A DNA stretch of 64,000 nt, from the NCBI GenBank assembly GCA_964512105.1, contig CAZEGI010000002.1, positions 15,125 to 79,124 of the forward strand, written 5' to 3'. The notes beneath the pieces were generated by a model. That model worked only from the letters and a program-made list of their open reading frames with translations. It ran no database searches and had not been told where the DNA came from. Made by a program: the position numbers and the translations under genes. Shown here one piece after another: positions 36,816 to 45,618 of the stretch (positions within the stretch are counted from its first letter, which is position 1; each line of letters begins with the position of its first letter). The stretch is from an uncultured archaeon. Lineage in GTDB: Archaea; Altiarchaeota; Altiarchaeia; IMC4; CAZEGI01.

Positions 36816-38227
36816 CCTGTTTTTTGCTCTTCGTGGTATTCCTGCTCCGTATTGACTGTCCAGAGGTCATGCGTTTTTCCAGACAGGTTCTCGACTGCCA
36901 GCAGCGCGGTCAGCATCGAGTGGTCCATGTTGTTGTACCTGTGCATCCCGTTCCTGCCAATAGTTTGCAGATTCTCGAATCCGTTTATGTACGACTTTAT
37001 GGTTTCTATGTTCCTAACGTAATTGTCATCGTAAACCGGATACGCTTTCTCGGTTCTGACAACGACGCCTTCCTCCACATATTTCGATTCCGCAAGGCCG
37101 ACAGTTTCAATCTCATTCCTTGCAAGTTCCACCAGTTCTTCATCCCTGCTGTTCCAAACGTTGTCACCTTCCGAGCAGAAGTACTCCATGCCTATGCACG
37201 TTTTGTTCTTGTCAGGCACCATGTACGGGCTCCAGTTCTTAAAATTCTGTATCCTGCCAACCTCAACGTCCGGCGAGTGTATGTAAATCCAGTTGTCCGG
37301 AAAAATATCCTTCTTATCAATGATCAACGCTACTGTGAGGAAATCCCTATAGGAAAGGGCGTTTGCAGCATCCAGTATTCTTTTCGGTGGTTCCGGTTTG
37401 ATGGAGTTCACCAGCTCGCGCAACGGCATGCTCGAAATAAAATCTGTGCCGTAAACATCAAGCTCTTTTTTGCCATTCTCAACAGTTACGCTCAGGGCAC
37501 GATTTCCCTCAACCCTTATTTTCGTCACGGGGGAGTTCAGCATGACTTTGTTCTGGTTGCTGATGTATTCGCGCATTTTTTCCCACATCATGCCTGGACC
37601 ATGTTTCGGATATTCGAATTCGTCTATCAGCGTCCTTATCGTTTTGCCTTTCGGCTTGTATATCGCGTTCATTACTGCCGAAGTGAGCGAAAGCCCCTTA
37701 ATCCTCTGTGCGGCCCACTCTGCCTTTATCTCCGTGCATGGAATGCCCCAAACCTTTTCCGTGTATGTCTTGAAAAATATCTCATACAGGCGCTTTCCGA
37801 ACCGGTTCGAAATCCACTGTTCGAAGTTGTCCTCCACGGGATACGGAAAAAACCTCGCTTTTACGTAACTTGCAAGAATCCTCGCACTTTCGACCGGGCC
37901 CAAACCCGTGAGCGCGTTCAGCGGTTTTATCGGGTAGTCGAAAAACTTGCGGTTGTAGTAAATCCTCGAAAGACGCGGCCGCTTCATGAAGTCGCTTCCA
38001 AGAACTTCGTGCCACAGCTTGTTCACCTTAGCAACCTTCGTGAAGAACCGGTGCCCCCCAAGGTCGAAGTAATATCCTTTGTGCTGGACGGTTTTTGATA
38101 TTCCGCCTACGAGCTGTCCCTTTTCGATAACCGTGCACCTCACGCCTTCCTTGGTGAGTTTGTACCCCGCGGCCAGCCCGGAAGGGCCCGCCCCGATAAC
38201 CACCACGTTCCTGTTTTTCTGCACCAT
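36812..38227 (-). CDS. FAD-dependent oxidoreductase (amine-oxidase / UDP-galactopyranose-mutase-like superfamily)
   Basis: VVVIGAGPSGLAAGYKL dinucleotide-binding motif. 471 aa. Confidence 0.6.
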   Translation of the reverse strand: MVQKNRNVVVIGAGPSGLAAGYKLTKEGVRCTVIEKGQLVGGISKTVQHKGYYFDLGGHRFFTKVAKVNKLWHEVLGSDFMKRPRLSRIYYNRKFFDYPIKPLNALTGLGPVESARILASYVKARFFPYPVEDNFEQWISNRFGKRLYEIFFKTYTEKVWGIPCTEIKAEWAAQRIKGLSLTSAVMNAIYKPKGKTIRTLIDEFEYPKHGPGMMWEKMREYISNQNKVMLNSPVTKIRVEGNRALSVTVENGKKELDVYGTDFISSMPLRELVNSIKPEPPKRILDAANALSYRDFLTVALIIDKKDIFPDNWIYIHSPDVEVGRIQNFKNWSPYMVPDKNKTCIGMEYFCSEGDNVWNSRDEELVELARNEIETVGLAESKYVEEGVVVRTEKAYPVYDDNYVRNIETIKSYINGFENLQTIGRNGMHRYNNMDHSMLTALLAVENLSGKTHDLWTVNTEQEYHEEQKTG

Positions 38228-38263
38228 CGTATCTTATTTAGTTATATTCCATCTTAATAACAT

Positions 38264-39658
38264 ATGCCACCGATAAAAATCTGGAAGCGAGAAAAACCAA
38301 AGCCGCTTGATGAAATCGAAACAACCGCGGACATAAAGATTCCGGCGGATCTGCTCGACCAGGTCATCGGCCAGGACAATGCGGTTCACAAGGTCGAGCT
38401 AGCAATCCAGCAAAAAAGAAATCTTCTTCTGGTCGGGCCTCCAGGAATCGGAAAATCCATGCTCGCACAGGCGTTGGCCATGCACCTACCGAAACCGACC
38501 GAAGAGATAAACGTTGTGAACAATCCTGCAAATCCGCAGCGTCCGTTGATTGAAGTGGTGAAACACATAACTCAGGAAAGGATTCTTACACCGCAGGAGA
38601 TTCCAACCTTCGTTGCAGAGCAGCTCGGGTTCAAATGCTCGAAGTGCGCGGCGTTCAGCGATGTTAAGGAACACACATGCCCGACATGCGGCAAGAACAA
38701 GTACGAAAAAATCACCCCAAAGCCGGAGGTAAAAACAACCAAGTTCGGAAGCGACGGCAGGGAGGTCGGCGTTATTTATCAGCGCGTAAAGGACAAGGTC
38801 AAGGTTATTGGTCATGAGCCGGAAAGACCGGTAAAGTTCGGGAGAAAGGACATGATCACGTTAGTGCCTCTGGGCAGGAAGACGTTTATCCATGCAACAG
38901 GCGCATCCGAAACCGAACTTCTGGGTGATGTCAGGCATGACCCGTACGGAAGCCATCCCGAAATCGGGACACCGCCGTACACGCGTGTCGTTGCAGGCGC
39001 AATCCACGAAGCGCATGAAGGCGTTCTTTTTATAGATGAATTACCGCATCTGAAGTTCCTGCAGAATTTCATCCTCACCGCGATGCAGGAAAAAAAATTC
39101 CCCATCGTCGGAAGGAATCCCCAGTCAGCCGGCGCGTCCGTGAAGGTTGACGACGTTCCGTGCGATTTCACTTTCGTGGGCGCATGCAACATAAAGGACG
39201 TGCAGGACATCCTTCCGCCTCTGCGGTCAAGAATCCTTGGAAACGGTTACGAAATCCTGCTGAACACGACCATGCCGGACACGGAAGAAAACGAAGCATA
39301 TCTGACACAGTTCGTTGCCCAAGAAATCGTAAAGGACAAGCGGATTCCGCACGCAACAAAAGATGCGGTTGAAGAACTCCTTGAGGAAGCCAGAAAGCGC
39401 GCATCCGTTCTTGACGACGCCCGGAATTCCCTTACGCTGAGGCTGAGGGACCTCGGAGGAGTCGTGCGCATGGCCGGCGACCTCGCGACAACTGAAAACG
39501 CGAAGTTCATCGAGAAAAAACACATAAAGGAAGCAATCGAGGAAGCGAAACCCATCGAGTTCCAGCTGCAGGAGCGATACGGTTCCGTGTGGAAGGGCAT
39601 CGAGAAGGACGAAATCATAAGCCCGGAATACGGAAAGATGGGCAGGAGTTATGCATAA
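38264..39658 (+). CDS. LonB-like AAA+ ATPase lacking a protease domain and membrane anchor, with a CxxC...CxxC zinc-ribbon insertion
   Basis: The N-terminus LLDQVIGQDNAVHKVELAIQQKRNLLLVGPPGIGKSMLAQALA matches the archaeal LonB ATPase N-terminus (Walker A). The protein ends at 464 aa without the Ser-Lys protease domain. Zinc ribbon CSKCAAF...CPTCG. Confidence 0.6.
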   Translation: MPPIKIWKREKPKPLDEIETTADIKIPADLLDQVIGQDNAVHKVELAIQQKRNLLLVGPPGIGKSMLAQALAMHLPKPTEEINVVNNPANPQRPLIEVVKHITQERILTPQEIPTFVAEQLGFKCSKCAAFSDVKEHTCPTCGKNKYEKITPKPEVKTTKFGSDGREVGVIYQRVKDKVKVIGHEPERPVKFGRKDMITLVPLGRKTFIHATGASETELLGDVRHDPYGSHPEIGTPPYTRVVAGAIHEAHEGVLFIDELPHLKFLQNFILTAMQEKKFPIVGRNPQSAGASVKVDDVPCDFTFVGACNIKDVQDILPPLRSRILGNGYEILLNTTMPDTEENEAYLTQFVAQEIVKDKRIPHATKDAVEELLEEARKRASVLDDARNSLTLRLRDLGGVVRMAGDLATTENAKFIEKKHIKEAIEEAKPIEFQLQERYGSVWKGIEKDEIISPEYGKMGRSYA

Positions 39659-40374
39659 ACCTGTTCAAAAATTTTTTTATAGCTCTGAGGGTTATTCAAA
39701 AAATCCAGTTTTTCTAGATTGCCGACAAGTCCATACATGTTTTTATTCTTCAAAAGTCCGAACTCCGGAACTTCAGCAGGTTTGATTTTTCTCAATTCCG
39801 GAATTTTTTTATAAGCCGTATTCTTCACAAATTTTCCATTCGTCAATTCAAAGTAAGCCCCACCGTGCATTTTTTCTATGGGTTCGTAAACCGATTCAAA
39901 CGCATCGGAAATCCAGTTCGCCATTTTTAGCGTTTCGTTTGACGGGTTTATCGTGATGTGCCCGTAGTCCGGCGGAATCAGAACCTTGTCGCGTTTTTTC
40001 GCATCTATCAAAACCACGTCCAAAACCCTATTACCTTCGACCTTTTGCAACAGATAATGCGCTCTGCCATCCAAAACCTCATAGACTTCCGGATAACTCA
40101 GTTTCGTTCCGGGAACAAGCGGGTGATAGTGCCCTGCGGTCTTTACGAATTCTTTTCCTAAATTGAGTGGAGGAATCACCGTGATGTCATACCTGAGGTT
40201 TTTTTCTTTCATTGCGTTTCTGTCGTTGTCGGTGAGGGCAAGGTCGCGGTACATGTAGTACAACTCAATGTTCGAGGTTTTTTTCAGCCATTCCCTATCG
40301 TAGATAACTTCACGCATCCCGCTAAGTTTCCGCACGTTTGGTTTAATCGCTCTCAAATCAAACAAATCCCTCAT
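39649..40374 (-). CDS. Cupin-fold protein, archaeal cupin-type phosphoglucose isomerase (cPGI)-like
   Basis: TAGHYHP...EVYEVLDGRAHY and PPDYGHITINP resemble the two cupin metal-binding motifs of cPGI. Confidence 0.45.
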   Translation of the reverse strand: MRDLFDLRAIKPNVRKLSGMREVIYDREWLKKTSNIELYYMYRDLALTDNDRNAMKEKNLRYDITVIPPLNLGKEFVKTAGHYHPLVPGTKLSYPEVYEVLDGRAHYLLQKVEGNRVLDVVLIDAKKRDKVLIPPDYGHITINPSNETLKMANWISDAFESVYEPIEKMHGGAYFELTNGKFVKNTAYKKIPELRKIKPAEVPEFGLLKNKNMYGLVGNLEKLDFLNNPQSYKKIFEQVYA

Positions 40375-40421
40375 GAATCAATATTTTTAATCAGGATAAA
40401 TAAAAGGATAACGAAAACAAA

Positions 40422-40931
40422 ATGGTGACCTATGCGGATTTACAGACCATAGCCCGGAACGAGAAAAACTTCCCTACGCTTCAGCACGTTGGTAAGGACT
40501 TCTATACAGACGCGTCAAAATTGCTGACCGAGGTTGAGGAAAAATACCGCGAGCACGTTGCAAAACTTATTGATGACATCTACGAGCGCAGGCAGAACAA
40601 GATTGTGCTTCATGCGCTGAGAACCAAGGACACGGACGCGCCCCCCGCGAACATAACTTCCGTTGAAAAAAAATTCTACATCCTGCTCATTGAAATCCTG
40701 AAAAAATCCCGGGACGATGTTTTCGAAAAGACGGAGGAGCAGAAACCGGCGGAGAAGGTTGAAGAATCTATCCCCGATGGATACGAAAAAGTGAGGGTGC
40801 TGCACGAACTTCCCGCGATAATCGGTGTTGATTCAAAGCACTACGGACCTTTCAAGGAGGGCGATGTTGTTTTGCTACTTGAAGTAAACGCAAAGATACT
40901 CGTCGAGAAGGGCATGGCCGAAGAAATTTGA
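40422..40931 (+). CDS. Putative GINS subunit (Gins51/Gins15-like; alpha-helical A domain plus C-terminal B domain)
   Basis: 169 aa. C-terminal ELPAIIGVDSKHYGPFKEGDVVLL..ILVEKGMAEEI resembles the GINS B-domain. Replication-gene-rich neighbourhood. Confidence 0.45.
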   Translation: MVTYADLQTIARNEKNFPTLQHVGKDFYTDASKLLTEVEEKYREHVAKLIDDIYERRQNKIVLHALRTKDTDAPPANITSVEKKFYILLIEILKKSRDDVFEKTEEQKPAEKVEESIPDGYEKVRVLHELPAIIGVDSKHYGPFKEGDVVLLLEVNAKILVEKGMAEEI

Positions 40932-40962
40932 TTTTTATTGCTTAAAGCTCATACATAAAACC

Positions 40963-41247
40963 ATGAAACTTCCGGAAGTCATGAGGACGTACTGTCCGCA
41001 CTGCAACAAGCACACGGAGCACGACCTCAGGTTGGGGAAGAAGGGGAAGGAGCGCACCATGACTATGGGCCGGAGAAAGTACATCGAGGTCAAGAAGGGT
41101 TACGGCGGCTCCCCGAGAACACCGAAGAAGGAAGTTTACAAGATAGGCAAGCGGCCCCTTATAATACTCACGTGCAAGGAGTGCAAGAAAAAACATCAGC
41201 GCGTTTACAGCGCGAGGACTAAAAAAACCGTTGAAATCAAGAGCTAA
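40963..41247 (+). CDS. rpl44e: Ribosomal protein L44e (eL42)
   Basis: [20 protein letters not shown] ... CKECKKKH zinc-ribbon pattern. Confidence 0.9.
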   Translation: MKLPEVMRTYCPHCNKHTEHDLRLGKKGKERTMTMGRRKYIEVKKGYGGSPRTPKKEVYKIGKRPLIILTCKECKKKHQRVYSARTKKTVEIKS

Positions 41248-41437
41248 AATGAAAAAGGAAACAAGGAGCAGATTCCTAAGAGTAAAGTGCAACGACTGCG
41301 GGAACGAACAGGTAATCTTCGGCTGTGCCGCGACCAATATCAAGTGCCTGGTGTGTAACAAACTTCTGGCAGAGCCGACAGGCGGCAAGGTTTCCGTAAA
41401 AACCAAGATTCTCGACGTTCTTGACACCGACATCTAA
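41231..41437 (+). CDS. rps27e: Ribosomal protein S27e
   Basis: [40 protein letters not shown]4 zinc finger typical of S27e. Overlaps the L44e stop. Confidence 0.9.
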   Translation: MKSRAKMKKETRSRFLRVKCNDCGNEQVIFGCAATNIKCLVCNKLLAEPTGGKVSVKTKILDVLDTDI

Positions 41438-41439
41438 AA

Positions 41440-41871
41440 GTGAAAAAAGGCCTCGGTTTCGAATACCTCGAACACACAGCTGACCTGAAATTCGTTGCGA
41501 GGGGTAAAACGCTTGAGGAATGTTTCGAGAATTCCGCGTATGCGGTTTTCAGCGCGATTCTTAACCTGGATACTGTCGGTACGGAGCTGAAGACTCACGT
41601 AAAACTTGAAGCAAAGAATCTGGAAAATCTGCTCCACGATTTTTTAAGTGAATTACTGTTCCGGTTCTACACCAAAAAATTCATCCCCAAAAAATTCAAG
41701 ATAAAAATCAAGAAGCAGGGCGGCCTGTACCTGTTAAATTCCGAAATCCTCGGCGAAACCGTAAAAAAGAAACACAAACCCGAGCTCGAGGTTAAAGCCG
41801 TAACCTATCATGAGTTTTTTGTTGAAAAACGAAACGGTTTCTGGATTGCGCAGGTAGTTTGCGATACCTGA
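41440..41871 (+). CDS. Archease (RtcB tRNA-ligase cofactor)
   Basis: FEYLEHTADLKFVARGKTLEE N-terminal signature. Confidence 0.85.
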   Translation: MKKGLGFEYLEHTADLKFVARGKTLEECFENSAYAVFSAILNLDTVGTELKTHVKLEAKNLENLLHDFLSELLFRFYTKKFIPKKFKIKIKKQGGLYLLNSEILGETVKKKHKPELEVKAVTYHEFFVEKRNGFWIAQVVCDT

Positions 41872-41932
41872 AAAACGGGCAATTATTTTTATAGTCCCAG
41901 GTGAAATATCTAAACTTATTCTTGGTGCCAAG

Positions 41933-43917
41933 ATGGAAAAAAAGACCATTCACTCTCTCATGGATGAGCGGCGCAAATTCACGCCGAAGGACTACGTTTT
42001 TAAGCACTCTGAACTGAAAAGCCCGAAAGACTACGACAGAATCTACGAGAAATCCGTAAAAGACCCGGAGGGTTTCTGGGCAAAGCAGGCAGAGCAGCTG
42101 CACTGGTTCAGTAAGTGGGACGAGGTTTATTCGTTTGACGAGAAAATTCGTTTGACGAGAAAACAGCAGGGTGCAACTGGTTTAAAGGCGGCAAGATTAA
42201 CGTTTCGTACAACTGTCTGGACCGACACCTTACAACCTGGAGGAAAAACAAGGCAGCGATAATATGGGAAGGCGAACCCTACGGAGATTCAAAAACTTAC
42301 ACGTATCAGGAATTGCATCATGAGGTGTGCAGGTTCGCAAACGTTCTAAAGAAAAAAGGAATAAAGAAAGGAGACAGGATTTGCATTTACCTACCGATGA
42401 TTCCAGAACTGCCAATCGCGATGCTCGCATGCACGAGAATCGGTGCCATACACTCCGTTGTTTTTGGCGGCTTCAGTGCCGAGGCGCTCGGTGACAGAAT
42501 CATTGACTCCGGCTCATGCATGCTCATAACATCCGACGGAAGCATAAGGAAAGGTAAAGCCATCCACCTAAAACAAAATGCGGATGAGGCGTTGAAGAGA
42601 TGCCCCACCATCAAACACGTCATTGTCGTAAGACGGGCGCACACACCTGATGTGCACATAAAGGAAGGCCGAGACACGTGGTGGCATGAGGAAATCAACG
42701 CGGAAGACATCAAGAACTACTGCGAGCCCGAACATATGGATGCCGAAGATCCTTTATTCATTCTCTACACAAGCGGAACCACAGGGAAACCAAAGGGCGT
42801 TATGCACACGACCGGTGGTTACCTGCTGTTCGTTTACCAAACGTTCAAATGGATTTTCGACCCGCGTGATGAAGACACCTACTGGTGCACCGCTGACATC
42901 GGCTGGATCACCGGCCACAGCTACATCGTTTACGGTCCGCTTGCGGCAGGTGCAACGAGCCTTATGTACGAAGGTGTTCCGAATCACCCGAAACCGGACC
43001 GCTTCTGGGAGATTGTTGAGAAATATAAGGTTGACATATTCTACACCGCACCGACAGCCATACGTGCAATCGCAAAGGACGGCGACCACTGGCCGAAGGG
43101 TAGGGATTTAACAAGTTTGCGTTTGCTTGGAACTGTTGGCGAGCCGATAAACCCCGAGGCATGGATGTGGTACTACAACGTTATCGGGGACAATAAATGT
43201 CCGATCGTTGACACGTGGTGGCAGACTGAAACCGGAGGAATTTTAATAACGCCATTACCCGGCATAATGACCATAAAACCCGGCTCCGCAAGCAAGCCGT
43301 TCCCGGGCGTTGTTCCGAAAGTTCTACGTGAGGATGGAAAGCCGGCAGCCGTCAACGAGGGCGGTTACCTTGTTATAGAAAAACCATGGCCTGGAATGAT
43401 GCGCGGCGTTTACGGTGAGCCCATGAGGTTCAAAGAAACATATTTCACAAGATTTCCGCCGTATTATTCTACAGGGGATGGTGCCCGTGTTGATGAAGAC
43501 GGCGATTTCTGGCTTATGGGCCGCATAGATGACGTTGTCAACGTTTCTGGTCACAGAATCGGGACCGCTGAAGTGGAATCCGCTCTTGTCAGCCACAAGA
43601 AAGTCGCGGAATCAGCGATAGTGCCGTTTCCACATGAGATAAAGGGAAGCGGTTTGTATGCGTTCGTGATAGTGAAGGAAGGCGTGCACAAATCCGACGA
43701 GCTCAAGAAGGAACTCATAGACCAAGTAACCAAGGAGATCGGACCGATAGCACGACCCGATAAAATACAGTTCGTGGATGCCTTGCCGAAAACCCGAAGC
43801 GGAAAAATCATGCGACGAATCCTGAAGGCCGTGGCCGAGGGCAAGGAGGATGTCGGAGATACGACAACGCTGGCAGAGCCGTCGGTTGTTGATGCGATTG
43901 TAAAGGAAAGACTGTAA
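41933..43917 (+). pseudogene. acs: Acetyl-CoA synthetase (AMP-forming) interrupted by a frameshift caused by a 17-bp tandem duplication at 42130-42163. The N-terminal 70 aa are in one frame (ORF 41933-42262) and the rest in another (ORF 42313-43917).
   Basis: Frame-1 N-terminus [29 protein letters not shown]. Deleting one 17-nt copy gives ...[27 protein letters not shown]..., which continues in-frame into the large ORF ([21 protein letters not shown], acyl-adenylate motifs). Confidence 0.8.
42130..42163. repeat. Perfect tandem duplication, 2 x 17 bp (ttcgtttgacgagaaaa), inside acs
   Basis: Read directly from the sequence. Confidence 0.9.
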
Positions 43918-43918
43918 A

Positions 43919-45112
43919 ATGAATCGCTGGTCTGTGGTGATTGGTGCGTTAATAGTGCAGTTGTGCTTAGGCGCGATTTATTCATGGAGCGTTTTTGTAA
44001 ATCCACTCATGAACGCATACCAATTCACGACCACGCAGACACAGGTGATTTTCTCCGCAGCGCTTGCGACCTTCGCTCTTGTGATGATTCTCGCGGGAAG
44101 ATGGCAGGATAAAAAAGGACCGCGCATTGTCGCAACCGTTGGCGGAATCGTTCTCGGACTTGGATACATACTTGCGAGTTTTACGGGTGGTTCGTTTGTC
44201 GGGTTGTGTTTGACCATAGGGTTAATCGGCGGCGCAGGCATCGGTCTTGGTTATGTGTGCCCGATAGCCGCATGCGTAAAATGGTTCCCTGACAAACGCG
44301 GTTTAGTAACCGGATTAGCAGTTGCGGGCTTTGGTGCGGGTGCATGGGTATTCGGAAAACTCGGCTCATCATTCACGGAAACATACGGCGTTCTTCAGGC
44401 ATTCATGTATCTTGGGATAACATTCCTGGTTGCGGTCGTTTTCGGAGCACAGCTTTTGAAAAATCCACCAGCCGGCTGGAAACCCGAGGGATGGGTTCCG
44501 CCGCAGGTTGCCAGCAAATCCAAGGAAGACTTCGAATGGAAGGAAATGCTGAAAACAAGACAGTTCTGGCTTCTCTGGCTGATGTTCATATTCGGAGCAT
44601 CTGCGGGTTTGATGGTCATCGGAATTCTAAAACCCTTCGGGATTCATTCCGGACTGACAGCAGCCGCAGCCGGGAATGCAGTCGGAATTCTTGCGCTTTT
44701 CAATGGAGCCGGAAGAATCACATGGGGCGTGGCATCAGACAAACTCGGAAGGACAAGGGCAATGCTCCTGATGTTCATTCTCCAGGGCGTCATGATGCTC
44801 GCGCTGATGCAGATGGGCTCGCAGGAATGGACATTAACAATCGCAGCCGCATGGGTCGGCTTCAACTTCGGAGGAAACTTCGCGCTGTTCCCGTCTGCAA
44901 CCGCAGATTACTTCGGCACTAAAAACGTCGGGATAAACTACGGCTTCGTTTTCACCGCATACGGGGTTGCAGGAATTATTGGGCCAATACTTGGAGGCCA
45001 GGTTTTCGACCTCACCGGAAGCTACCTGTGGGCATTCATTCCATCCGGGATTTTGTGCATACTGGCAGCAATACTATCCATGTTCACGAAATCCCCACAC
45101 CAATCAAAGTAA
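43919..45112 (+). CDS. MFS transporter, oxalate/formate antiporter (OFA)-like
   Basis: 12-TM MFS profile. GR(W/L)xDKxG-type loop motif AGRWQDKKGPR. Confidence 0.8.
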   Translation: MNRWSVVIGALIVQLCLGAIYSWSVFVNPLMNAYQFTTTQTQVIFSAALATFALVMILAGRWQDKKGPRIVATVGGIVLGLGYILASFTGGSFVGLCLTIGLIGGAGIGLGYVCPIAACVKWFPDKRGLVTGLAVAGFGAGAWVFGKLGSSFTETYGVLQAFMYLGITFLVAVVFGAQLLKNPPAGWKPEGWVPPQVASKSKEDFEWKEMLKTRQFWLLWLMFIFGASAGLMVIGILKPFGIHSGLTAAAAGNAVGILALFNGAGRITWGVASDKLGRTRAMLLMFILQGVMMLALMQMGSQEWTLTIAAAWVGFNFGGNFALFPSATADYFGTKNVGINYGFVFTAYGVAGIIGPILGGQVFDLTGSYLWAFIPSGILCILAAILSMFTKSPHQSK

Positions 45113-45113
45113 T

Positions 45114-45617
45114 ATGGCAGAATTCCTGGGCGTTGTTGACGATGATGACAACGTTATCGGTAAAGCCACGCGTGATGAGTGTCATGCAAAAAAACTCATC
45201 CACCGCAGCGTGATTTTCTTCGTCTTCGACAAACAAAACAGAGTCCATGTGAACAAGCGCAGCGACAAAAAAGAGTTCTTCAGGGGATATTGGAGCATCG
45301 CCTTTGGCGGGCACATCCCCGCAGGCGAAGGTTATGACGAAGCCGTAAAGCGTGAGGTTGTGGAGGAAACCGGTTTAGTTGCAAAACCATTCTTCATAGC
45401 ATCTTTTGATAAAAGAATCCCTGAGGAAAAAGAAAATATCCGCGTTTACGGCGTGATTGCAGACAAACCGATAAAACTCCCGAAGGACGAAATCGTTTAC
45501 GGGGAGTTTATGGATTTTAAGGAATTAACAAAAGAACTCAAAAAGGAAAAGTTCGTCCCGGAAACGGAAGAACTTTACAAAATCCTAAAAAATTTTCTGA
45601 AGAACAAGAAAAAATAA
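45114..45617 (+). CDS. Nudix hydrolase (isopentenyl-diphosphate isomerase type 1-like / Nudix)
   Basis: GGHIPAGEGYDEAVKREVVEETGL Nudix box. The internal Met MAEFLGVV was chosen as the start, right after the MFS stop. Confidence 0.75.
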   Translation: MAEFLGVVDDDDNVIGKATRDECHAKKLIHRSVIFFVFDKQNRVHVNKRSDKKEFFRGYWSIAFGGHIPAGEGYDEAVKREVVEETGLVAKPFFIASFDKRIPEEKENIRVYGVIADKPIKLPKDEIVYGEFMDFKELTKELKKEKFVPETEELYKILKNFLKNKKK

Positions 45618-45618
45618 T

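Noticed and set aside
36824-38098. 424-aa ORF on the plus strand, antisense to the FAD oxidoreductase
   Set aside because: His/Arg/Val-rich low-complexity translation with no motifs. It is fully embedded in a gene with clear dinucleotide-binding signatures on the other strand, which is typical of an antisense shadow ORF in GC-richer coding sequence.
38264-39658. Considered Cdc6/Orc1 or RFC large subunit for the AAA+ protein
   Set aside because: The N-terminal region and Walker A context match LonB closely (LLVGPPGIGKSMLAQALA after a DQVIGQ motif). It lacks the winged-helix C-terminus of Orc1 and the RFC boxes.
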